Below the pieces are notes generated by a model. That model had not been told where the DNA came from. It ran no database searches and saw nothing but the letters and a program-made list of their open reading frames with translations. Below are positions 37,402 through 45,996 of a stretch of 64,000 bases of DNA, in pieces. This DNA is from Anaerolineaceae bacterium (lineage in GTDB: Bacteria > Chloroflexota > Anaerolineae > Anaerolineales > Anaerolineaceae). The stretch is from positions 187,887 to 251,886 of the forward strand of contig JAXGYK010000002.1 of NCBI GenBank assembly GCA_040772305.1. The letters are read 5' to 3'. How positions within the stretch are numbered: position 1 is the stretch's first letter; each line of letters opens with the position of its first letter. The position numbers and the translations under genes were made by a program.

Positions 37402-37491
37402 TAAACCCCAACATATACTGATACACGACACAGCAGCCCCCATGTACAGGGGGGTGTGTTGGAACAGCCCCAAATCAGTGCAATGGACTAG

Positions 37492-37810
37492 CCCAAAACG
37501 AACGATATTTATAGCCTGCCGAGTTGGTTCGATGCTTTCCTGATTGACCGTAGATCACAGGGCATGGTCCCGGGTACACTGTACTTTTATCTCACCAAAC
37601 TCAAACTATTTGACGCATATTGCCACCGTTGTGGCGTAGATACCATCAATTCCATATCAGAAGAAATTGGAAAAATTGCAACTATGTAGCCAAACAAGGG
37701 TTTGACAACGGGGTTACGTAAAAGCTGGGGAAGACTTTGTTGGTCTCAAATGGCATGATATCAGAATACAAAAAGGGATCAGATTGGCAACAGGACGGGA
37801 TATTATTTGA
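37492..37810 (+). pseudogene. tyrosine recombinase/integrase remnants (N-terminal SAM-like fragment plus a short catalytic-domain fragment)
   Basis: The frame at 37492-37689 reads PKTNDIYSLPSWFDAFLIDRRSQGMVPGTLYFYLTKLKLFDAYCHRCGVD with no start codon. The frame at 37706-37810 reads RGYVKAGEDFVGLKWHDIRIQKGIRL, like the Arg-I region of integrases. Both are cut by stops. Confidence 0.45.
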
Positions 37811-38080
37811 AACATGTAGTTGTTTTTCAAGATTGGCTAAAAGGCACAACAAAAGATCAGTATTTTGAAAGTCTTGCGGGAACTAAGCAGCAATAGTTCT
37901 ATATTCAGATATACTGACTACTTGCAAGTAGGATTTATTGGAGACTCAAAAAATGGTAATGCCTAGTGGAAATAGTAAAATACTGATGAAATATCGAGCA
38001 TAAATTGGCAATATTGTTAGCGGTTATCAGCCGGAAAATCAATAAATATTGGACGTTATTAACAACAGAACATATTTGAA

Positions 38081-38353
38081 ATGGTTATGAAATTTGCTCA
38101 AATAATCAATAAAATGTCCCTAGATCTTGGTAGTGTTGAGGAGGATTATTTCACTAAACAAGATATTGACAAGTCTGATTTTTCATTGGTCTGGTGGAGT
38201 AACCTTTGTTCTTTTATCAGACTGCGAACATTTGTTCTGGAGATGACCGAAGACGAGTATAAGCAGTATGACGAGGTCGTGAAGAGATTTAGAATGGCGA
38301 AGGATAAAATTGTTGCCTTAGGGTTAGAGTACCCTGATTTTATTGATCTCTAG
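38081..38353 (+). CDS. hypothetical small acidic protein (90 aa) in AT-rich islet
   Basis: Intact ORF. It has a degraded paralog about 500 nt downstream. No recognisable motif. Confidence 0.4.
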   Translation: MVMKFAQIINKMSLDLGSVEEDYFTKQDIDKSDFSLVWWSNLCSFIRLRTFVLEMTEDEYKQYDEVVKRFRMAKDKIVALGLEYPDFIDL

Positions 38354-38682
38354 CTCTTTCGTATTAGAAAAGTTCACTATCTTAAGCATGTTTTAGATTA
38401 AATAAATGGCCTGAATTTACTTCGGGTTAAAGCTATAGAGAGAGTTATTGAACCTACAAGAAGTTCGATTTTTGTGAGCTGCTTTAACGGTTCCTGGCGA
38501 ATTGGATTTACAGGTAATAGCGGTAGCGCTAAGGGGCAAGGAGAAAATGATAGGATAATGTTGAGTTTAGGAGCAAAATTAATAGCCTGGTGAATGCTTA
38601 TCAACCAGATGACTTGATTTCTAAACAATGAACAAAGAAATGGTTTGATATGGATACGAAAATAGATAGAACCTTGAATAAT

Positions 38683-38923
38683 ATGGGGTTTTACATTGAC
38701 GATATTGAGCTTATCGCTTTACCTTGGAGCGAGACACACAGGGTTGGGTTTAGCCTTGAATGTGGGATATGATCGGATCTTTAGAAAAGGTTGTCGAAAC
38801 AAAAGCTTCTTTTACTGAGGAACAAAAAGCTCAATAATGATGACTTACATAAAAAGGCTTGAAAAGTCGAAAGATAAAATCAAAGAATTAGGGCTTGCCT
38901 ATCCTGATTTTGTTGATGCTTAG
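38683..38923 (+). pseudogene. fragmented paralog of the 38081-38353 ORF
   Basis: Three pieces in shifting frames are interrupted by stops. The last piece, MMTYIKRLEKSKDKIKELGLAYPDFVDA, aligns with VVKRFRMAKDKIVALGLEYPDFIDL at the end of the intact copy. By my codon-by-codon comparison most positions of the last 18 codons are identical. Confidence 0.5.
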
Positions 38924-39192
38924 TACTTTTGCGCTTTATTATTTGCAAGTAAAAAGCTGCTGAATTTCATTTCAGCAGCGAGTTCTTTGGACTGCCCAAC
39001 CATTCTTAAAGAAAGAGAGTTCGGTTGGGTGTTTTGTTTTAACTGCTACGAGATATTGGAAGTGTACAGGCAGGGAGAGAGAGGAATGACCGAGAAAACC
39101 CTGCGCAAGGCAGAAAAGGCGGCACTCAAGGAGTACGAAACACGGCAGAGCGTCCAAGCTCGTCTCAAGTAGAATTGGGCAATGGAGGATTT

Positions 39193-39855
39193 ATGCGCTA
39201 TCTGGAATTAAGGGAAGAAATCGTTGAATATGGCAAGCGAATGAGCCAGACCAGGCTAAGCACGGGTACCAGCGGGAATCTTAGCATCTATCTGCCGGAA
39301 GAAAAACAAATGCTCATTAGTCCCAGCGGAATTCCTTACCAGGAGACTACGGCAGAAGATATCGTTTTATTGGATTCCCTCAGCGGTCATCCAATCGAAG
39401 GCAGCCGTAAACCCTCCTCCGAGTGGGCCTTGCACCTTGCCGTTTATGCCGCTAAGCCCCAGGCCCGGGCGGTCTTGCATGCCCACAGCACCTACTGCAC
39501 GGTATTCAGCTGTTTACGCGAGCCCTTGGTGGCCGTTCATTATGGCATAGCAGCATCCGGCGCGGCCGAAGTGCCCTGCGCAGAATATGCCACCTTTGGC
39601 ACGCGTGAGCTTGCCATAAATGTTGCCCGGGCGATGGGGCATTCTAATGCCGTCTTACTGGCAAACCATGGGCAGTTGTGTTGCGGACCAAGTTTGGCAA
39701 AGGCCTTCAGCATTGCTGAAGAGATGGAATTTCTTGCAGAGATGCTTTGGCGCACACGCAGCATCGGGAATCCCGTTATCCTGGATCATGAAGAGATGAA
39801 AAGGGTCCTGGAGCGTTATAAAAGCTACGGACAGAATACCCAGGAGCCAAAATAA
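39193..39855 (+). CDS. class II aldolase/adducin-family protein (L-fuculose-phosphate aldolase-like)
   Basis: TSGNLS, PSSEWALH and HAHSTY metal/substrate motifs. Start at MRYLELREE (39193). The ORF opens at TTG 39175. Confidence 0.8.
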   Translation: MRYLELREEIVEYGKRMSQTRLSTGTSGNLSIYLPEEKQMLISPSGIPYQETTAEDIVLLDSLSGHPIEGSRKPSSEWALHLAVYAAKPQARAVLHAHSTYCTVFSCLREPLVAVHYGIAASGAAEVPCAEYATFGTRELAINVARAMGHSNAVLLANHGQLCCGPSLAKAFSIAEEMEFLAEMLWRTRSIGNPVILDHEEMKRVLERYKSYGQNTQEPK

Positions 39856-39945
39856 GCCTAGATAAAAGCCTTGCTCTTGAACTTGAAGCGGATTTGCTCT
39901 GCGCATTCGCAAGGAGGGCAAATACTGTTGTCCAGATGAAATGGC

Positions 39946-42288
39946 CTAGGGAAGGTCTTCTGCCGGCAGGTTGTCTTTGTTGGAATTCTTTGCCTCAAAT
40001 ATGCGTTTAACCGAGCCGAAATGGTGCTGCAGTTCCCCGTTGGGGAAGCTGATCCTGGTATTTTTCCCATCGCGCAGTACATGCACTCCGCGATACCGGA
40101 ACCCGATTGGCCAAGGAAAGGGATTAGCTCCCGCAATTTGCACCCGCCCATCTTCCATAAAATGAACCCCTGCCATGCGTAAAACCAGGTTGAGGGGCAG
40201 AATACCGGCTGCTGCAGAACGGTTGCCATAGGGTCTTCCGTTGGAGGCATCGGCAGCTTCAAAAAGGCTGTGCTCGCTGTTCAAGCTCCGAATGCTTGCG
40301 CGTACCCAGCTTTGCAGCAGGTTGAAAGCACGGGTAGTTTCTCCCTCTTTGATAAATTTATCGATCAGTAAGCTGGTCCAGACGGGGTTGGTTTTTCCTT
40401 GGGAAGTGACGCCAACAGGAGCTAGTAGAGTTTCCGGCAAACCGTATAAGGTTTCATTTTCCAGTTTGGTAAATACATCATTGACCCAATTTTGTTCAGC
40501 AAGCAGCGGATCCCAGGCGTAAAGATCGGCAATGCTGAACCCATCCAAACTTGGCGTGTAGAGTAATAGTTCAGCGTTTTGGCCATCCGCATGCAAGCCA
40601 TTCAGTTGTGTATATATTTTTTGGCTGGCAGCAAAGAAAAAGCCTGGCAGCCAGGAAATTTGTCCGGCACCAAGCTGTTCTTCTTGTTTTTTGCCATCAC
40701 TGCCCAGTCCATCGAGTTTAATGCTTAGGGGCTTGCCGAGGGGGTCTGACGGAAAAACCTGCATTAATAATCTTTGCGGTTGGGTGAGGGTATAGGTGGT
40801 GTGGTTAAGGTTTTGGAGAGGGCCGCGGTACAGAACTTCCCCAATGAACCTTGCGTGGGTATCACGATCCCAGGTGCCAAAGACGTTGCGGGCATAAACT
40901 GCGGCCAGGGCATTGCGGCTGCGTTGAGCAAGACTCTGATAAATCTGCAATCCTGCCGAATCGGACAAGAGTTGCGCCATGCTTTCCAGGGCATGCAGTT
41001 CATCCAAAAGAAGCGCCGTGAGGGCTGAACTTTCAGTCTTTTGGATGGGAGTAGCTTGGTTCGCTGCCCGCAAGACTTCGAAACCTGGCTGGTCAAAGAG
41101 CATGGTTTGGGAGAGGCTTTCCCATTCTGGTAATCCGTCATAATCCTGGTCATGCGTTTTGTTGAACCATGCCAGGGTTTGGTCCCGAAGGATGGGATAG
41201 ACAAAGCTGATCAAGCTTTTGTCCTGAAATTGAGTGAAAAGCTCCCAGCTAAGGGCTGCAAGGCATGGAAATAGGGGTTTTTCAATAGAGTCCTGGGGCA
41301 GTACCTGTAAGTAGGCACGCAGTAAGGACAGGGCAGTTTTCGTTTGTCCAGGAACCAAGGCCAAAATCACCTGACGCAGAGCGGCAGGATGCAGCTGTGG
41401 TTTCTGTTGTGGAGAGAGAGAGGCAGGTCGAAGCTCCGGGTGGCTGGTATCGCTGTTGCGTTGCGGCAGTGCTTCCAGCTGAGCCTCTGCATTTGAATAA
41501 ACCAATTGGGTCGCCAGCATCTGACTGGCTGCAAGCACTTCATGCCAGCCTTCCTGGGCTTCGCTGATATGCACTGTTTCCTGCCGGTTGCGGTTGAGCA
41601 CCCGCGCAACTTCAGCAGAATAATTGGCGGGGTACGCTTCTGAGGCTGCCGCAAGGGCCTGCGGTAAGTCGGATTCGATGACCAGCCGCCACTGCAAGGC
41701 AAGGCGTGCGCGGGCAGGGATACTTGCACGCCAACACAAGGCTGGCAAAGGACTGAATACAACGCGGGCTGGTCCTTCCATTCCCAAGGCAAGCGCCAGG
41801 TTGCTGCTTGTTCCCTGGAGAAGAGTTTTGAACTTGTGCAGCACCGGGCTCATCCCCGTGCTGCCAGTTTGCGGTACCAGGTCTGCGCTAAGGTTTACTT
41901 CAAGTTCGCAGCGATCATTGTTTTCATTGCTTAGTTCAATGCGGCCAAGCAGTCGGTTGGAGGCTGCTGCCCAGTTTTCCAGGCTTACGGCGAGGCCAGG
42001 CTGAAGCCCGAAACTTATGCGCATATAATTCGTCAGTAGCAGATCAATCCGGGGGGAAGAAAAAAATGATTCTAAGAATGTGAAGCTTTGGTTTTGAAGA
42101 ATAAAACTTGGAAATATCCGCAAGCTTTGAGCTTGTAAGCCCAGGGAAGTTCTTAGCCAAAGCGGTTCACCTGGTCTTAGGTTCTGGGTCCATACAGCGT
42201 CAATTTCCGGGTGAAATTCGCCGAAGCGATAGTCGGATGCAATTGTCAGGGGACAGGGTTCCTTGGCGAAGAGAGGACCATTAAGCAT
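39946..42288 (-). CDS. hypothetical 780-aa protein, possibly (alpha/alpha)6-barrel glycosidase-like
   Basis: Long uninterrupted ORF with host-like composition. Only weak resemblance to GH63/GDE_C-type barrels (DYDGLPEWE; C-terminal SLFEAADASNGRPYGNRSAAAGILPLNLVL). Function not supported. Confidence 0.5.
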   Translation of the reverse strand: MLNGPLFAKEPCPLTIASDYRFGEFHPEIDAVWTQNLRPGEPLWLRTSLGLQAQSLRIFPSFILQNQSFTFLESFFSSPRIDLLLTNYMRISFGLQPGLAVSLENWAAASNRLLGRIELSNENNDRCELEVNLSADLVPQTGSTGMSPVLHKFKTLLQGTSSNLALALGMEGPARVVFSPLPALCWRASIPARARLALQWRLVIESDLPQALAAASEAYPANYSAEVARVLNRNRQETVHISEAQEGWHEVLAASQMLATQLVYSNAEAQLEALPQRNSDTSHPELRPASLSPQQKPQLHPAALRQVILALVPGQTKTALSLLRAYLQVLPQDSIEKPLFPCLAALSWELFTQFQDKSLISFVYPILRDQTLAWFNKTHDQDYDGLPEWESLSQTMLFDQPGFEVLRAANQATPIQKTESSALTALLLDELHALESMAQLLSDSAGLQIYQSLAQRSRNALAAVYARNVFGTWDRDTHARFIGEVLYRGPLQNLNHTTYTLTQPQRLLMQVFPSDPLGKPLSIKLDGLGSDGKKQEEQLGAGQISWLPGFFFAASQKIYTQLNGLHADGQNAELLLYTPSLDGFSIADLYAWDPLLAEQNWVNDVFTKLENETLYGLPETLLAPVGVTSQGKTNPVWTSLLIDKFIKEGETTRAFNLLQSWVRASIRSLNSEHSLFEAADASNGRPYGNRSAAAGILPLNLVLRMAGVHFMEDGRVQIAGANPFPWPIGFRYRGVHVLRDGKNTRISFPNGELQHHFGSVKRIFEAKNSNKDNLPAEDLP

Positions 42289-42346
42289 GACTTGATTTTA
42301 GCATTGCCCAAGCTCAAAAAATAGCGGGGAAATAAAGTGCTAAAAT

Positions 42347-45300
42347 GTGAAGATGGACGAAAATGTAAATGAGATCCCAGAAAACAATCCTGCTGAAGAG
42401 GCTGCTTCGGAGTCCGTTGGAGAAGCAAAAGGCAACCAAACTGAAGCGGACGATATCCTTAAGGATTACCGCGAGGTCTTTGCCTCTGCAGATAATTTGT
42501 ATGCGGACAAAGCTCCGAAAAAGCAAGCAGATTTCCCAGCAGATGAAAGCGACTTCAGAACTATTCCTGCGCATGTTGAACCCATGGATCTAAGCGAATT
42601 GGCTGAGGCTTCGCTTCTGGACCCAGAGGCAGGGTTCAGCGCAGCGCTTATCCGAGCGATGGGAAGCGAAGGTCTGGAAAGTGAAGAACTGGCTGAAGCC
42701 AAGGCTTTGGAACCGGTAACTGCGCCTGCCGATCCTTCGATGGAAACGCGCGAGGAAGAGCCCGCAATGCCGGATTTGGAGGAGGAAAAGCCGGAAGCGG
42801 CAGGTTCGGGCGAGTCCTACTGGTTTAGTGAGCTTTCTCAGTTCCGTCCTCAGGAAGCAGAGCTTATCGCAGCTAACGCAGAAGAACAGGAGCAATGGTC
42901 TACTTCCGCATATACCATTTTGCCAGAGGATGGGAATGCAGCATTCCAAGATGGGACTAATGAAACAAAGGATGTTCCTGATCCGGTGACACAAGTGGAC
43001 CCGGATGCCACAACGCTTATGCCGGCTGCTTTTAGCCTAAGCGGATCGAGCAAAAGCCATACCCAACCAATAGCTGTGTACCGGGCGGCAGATGCTACCC
43101 AACCTAATCGCGTTCAAGGCTCCGGGGGCGCTGGTCAAGCTCCGGTGTCTGGAACTGCTGGAAAAGGAAAAGGCTGCCGCAAGGCATTCATTGCTCTGAT
43201 CATCATTACCGGCCTGGCAGCGCTTGCAGTAATGGGTTTTGCTGTTTACAAATACATGCAAATTGCGAGCCGGCTCCCTAATGTAAACGAATTGCGCGAG
43301 AGAGCTTCGCAGTTTGAAACAACCCGAATACTGGATCGCAATGGGGGCTTACTCTACGAGATTGTAGATCCTAATGCGGGCAAGCGTACCTACGTGCCAT
43401 TGGAACGCATGTCGCCCTATATTATTGCTGCTACCATCGCAACGGAAGATAAAGAATACTACAACCACCCTGGGTTTGATGTAGTTGCCCTTATACGTGC
43501 CTTGTATGCAAACTATCGCTCCGGAGGGATTGTTTCCGGTGCGTCTACCATTACCCAGCAGCTGGCGCGGATGATACTGCTGCCCGAAGAACGCTTTGTT
43601 CAGTCCTATGAACGCAAAGCCTCCGAAATAATCCTTGCTGCCGAGATTACACGACGTTACTCCAAAGAAGAGGTCTTGGAACTCTACTTGAATGAGGTTT
43701 TCTACGGAAACTTATCCTACGGAATAGAGGCCGCTTCGGAGACTTACTTTGAAGCTTCGGCTGCAGATATTAACTTGTGGCAATCCGCTTTTCTGGCCGG
43801 CTTGCCTCAGTCACCTGCGGTCTACAATATTTACACAAATCGTGAGGCAACCCTTGACCGAACGAAAACAGTTTTGATTCTGATGTACGAACTAAGCTCG
43901 GAAAAGGACTGCATCTTCATCGGTGAAAACCTGGAGAAGGTTTGTGTAGACCCCGTAACTGCGCTGGCTGCTATGGAGCAGCTGCAGGCATATGAATTTC
44001 GCCAGCAAATCTTTGAAATGCGCTACCCGCATTGGGTGGTTTTTATTCAATCCTTGCTGGAGGCTCAATTCGAGCCGGAAACGATCTATCGTTCTGGCTT
44101 TACTGTTCAAACAACATTAGACCCTGCCATGCAGGATATGGCCCAAAACGCAGTTACTGAACAACTGGCCCAAATGCTTGACAAAAATGCAAGCAACGGT
44201 GCGGTTGTAGTTATCGATCCACATACACGCGAGATTCTTGCAATGGTTGGTTCGGCCGACTTTAATAATGCTGAGATCAGCGGCCAGGTGAACATGGCGC
44301 TGACCGATACCCGTCAGCCAGGCTCGGCGATTAAACCGCTTACTTATCTGGCTGCCTTTGAAAAAAACTGGACTCCAGCCAGCCTGATTTGGGATGTACC
44401 TTCGGTGTTTACGCCGTCGGGCAAGGCAGATGACCCGGGTCCGGCCTATGAACCGGTGAACTATGACGGCCGTTTCCGAGGGCCTGTGACGGTACGTGAT
44501 GCCCTGGCCAACTCCTATAACATTCCAGCGGTAAAGGCACTTTCGTATATTGGCATTTACGATGAACCCGGGGGGTTTATGAGCTTTGCACGCAGGCTGG
44601 GCATTACCAGTTTAACCAGACCCGATTTGGGCCTTTCGCTAACTTTGGGCGGGGGCGAGGTTAGCCTGATGCAGCTTACAAATGCCTTTGCAAGTTTTGC
44701 TGCGGAAGGACGTTACCAAATTCCAATCGCAATTACCCGCATTACGGACCATACTGGCAGAGAAATATGGGCCAACCAGCCAAGGCCTGGGGATCAGGTT
44801 CTGCGACCAGCACATGCCTATCTGATTAGCAGTATCCTGGCCGATAACCAAGCCCGCGCACCAATGTTTGGTGCGAACTCAGTACTCAACCTTGGACACG
44901 AGGCTGCAGTAAAAACGGGTACTACCAACGATTTTCGGGATAACTGGACGATTGGTTATAACCCGGACTTAGTTGTTGGCGTGTGGGTGGGGAACGCTGA
45001 CTACACCCCAATGGTTAATACCAGCGGCGTGGATGGCGCAGCGCCAATCTGGGCAAGGGTAATGCGCGAAGGGATTGAGCTTTATAAGGGCGGGGTATGG
45101 AGCTCTTTTGTGCGCCCAGACGACGTCATTTCGCGCACGATTTGTGCTGTATCTGGTACGGAGCCCTCGGAGTATTGCCCGGCACATCGGGAGGAATTGT
45201 TTGCCTCTGACCAGGGGCCGCTGCCCTCAAGCCAGGACCTGTGGGTAAACATGCCCATTGATGGCTGGACAGGTTTAGGCGTATCGCAGGCTTGTGCTGA

Positions 45301-45913
45301 GTTCACTGTTGAACATGTCGTCTTGAATGTGAGAGAAGTGGATGCTAAAAGATGGATTGAGGAAACCGAAGCAGGCCAGAACTGGGCGGCTGAGAATGGC
45401 TTTGCAGACCAGCTTATTTTCATTCCAGAACGGGAATGCCGCGCGGATGATCCGCGCCCCGTTATCAACCTGGTCAACGTCAATAATGGAGGGGTGATAC
45501 GCGAAGCTCCCTTTACTATTATGGGTTCGATCACAGCAACAGCAAACTTCCAGGACTATCGCATTGAATGGGGAAAAGGAAAGGATCCGGAGGAATGGCA
45601 CCCGCTGTTTGATTGGCGGGATGACCCGGCACACTCGCCACAAGAAATTTATACATGGGATATCCAGGGCCTTGAAACCAATGTAATCACCTTTAAGGTG
45701 ATTGTACGTAGCACGATTGATACCCGTGTTGAAAAAACTTTTACGATGTCGGTAGACCTGCCTGCTCCTACGCCGACCGCTACAGCAACAGCTACGCCAA
45801 CGGACGAACCAATTATTCTGCCGAGCGCAACGCCGACCATTCCGCCTTTGCCTACCGAAACACCAGAGCCGCCACCTTCCGAAACACCCGAGCCAACACC
45901 TCCCGAAGGGTGA
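42347..45913 (+). CDS. class A penicillin-binding protein (GT51 transglycosylase + transpeptidase) with long acidic N-terminal and PT-rich C-terminal extensions
   Basis: GT51 motifs (ATEDKEYYNHPGFD, GASTITQQLAR, RKASEIILA). Transpeptidase motifs SAIKP, SYN and KTGTT. The TM helix sits near residue 285. C-terminus TPTATATATPTDEP...TPEPPPSETPEPTPPEG. Confidence 0.9.
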   Translation: MKMDENVNEIPENNPAEEAASESVGEAKGNQTEADDILKDYREVFASADNLYADKAPKKQADFPADESDFRTIPAHVEPMDLSELAEASLLDPEAGFSAALIRAMGSEGLESEELAEAKALEPVTAPADPSMETREEEPAMPDLEEEKPEAAGSGESYWFSELSQFRPQEAELIAANAEEQEQWSTSAYTILPEDGNAAFQDGTNETKDVPDPVTQVDPDATTLMPAAFSLSGSSKSHTQPIAVYRAADATQPNRVQGSGGAGQAPVSGTAGKGKGCRKAFIALIIITGLAALAVMGFAVYKYMQIASRLPNVNELRERASQFETTRILDRNGGLLYEIVDPNAGKRTYVPLERMSPYIIAATIATEDKEYYNHPGFDVVALIRALYANYRSGGIVSGASTITQQLARMILLPEERFVQSYERKASEIILAAEITRRYSKEEVLELYLNEVFYGNLSYGIEAASETYFEASAADINLWQSAFLAGLPQSPAVYNIYTNREATLDRTKTVLILMYELSSEKDCIFIGENLEKVCVDPVTALAAMEQLQAYEFRQQIFEMRYPHWVVFIQSLLEAQFEPETIYRSGFTVQTTLDPAMQDMAQNAVTEQLAQMLDKNASNGAVVVIDPHTREILAMVGSADFNNAEISGQVNMALTDTRQPGSAIKPLTYLAAFEKNWTPASLIWDVPSVFTPSGKADDPGPAYEPVNYDGRFRGPVTVRDALANSYNIPAVKALSYIGIYDEPGGFMSFARRLGITSLTRPDLGLSLTLGGGEVSLMQLTNAFASFAAEGRYQIPIAITRITDHTGREIWANQPRPGDQVLRPAHAYLISSILADNQARAPMFGANSVLNLGHEAAVKTGTTNDFRDNWTIGYNPDLVVGVWVGNADYTPMVNTSGVDGAAPIWARVMREGIELYKGGVWSSFVRPDDVISRTICAVSGTEPSEYCPAHREELFASDQGPLPSSQDLWVNMPIDGWTGLGVSQACAEFTVEHVVLNVREVDAKRWIEETEAGQNWAAENGFADQLIFIPERECRADDPRPVINLVNVNNGGVIREAPFTIMGSITATANFQDYRIEWGKGKDPEEWHPLFDWRDDPAHSPQEIYTWDIQGLETNVITFKVIVRSTIDTRVEKTFTMSVDLPAPTPTATATATPTDEPIILPSATPTIPPLPTETPEPPPSETPEPTPPEG

Positions 45914-45996
45914 TTGTAAGGAAAATGCTGTCCTGAAAATGCAAAGAAAAAGCGTTCAGGTTTTGCTTATCTGCAAGCCGGCGCCTGAAGTAATGA

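Noticed and set aside
35684-38419. Identical 12-mer GGCCTGAATTTA at 35684-35695 and 38408-38419, considered as possible att-like boundaries around the tRNA-Lys region
   Set aside because: Roughly a hundred exact 12-mer repeat pairs are expected by chance in 64 kb (N^2/2 x 4^-12). The flanks do not extend the match, so it is not significant.
38398-38628. 76-aa minus-strand ORF in the tRNA-Lys islet
   Set aside because: It has no SD and a hydrophobic/Pro-rich composition that looks random in an AT-rich decayed region.
39086-39172. 28-aa Lys/Glu-rich ORF (MTEKTLRKAEKAALKEYETRQSVQARLK) with an SD-like GAGAGG just upstream of the aldolase gene
   Set aside because: It could be a leader peptide, but it is too short and compositionally simple to support without conservation or translation data.
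37402-39172. Search by eye for a direct repeat of the tRNA-Lys 3' half (attR)
   Set aside because: None was found. The islet boundary therefore remains undefined rather than demonstrated.
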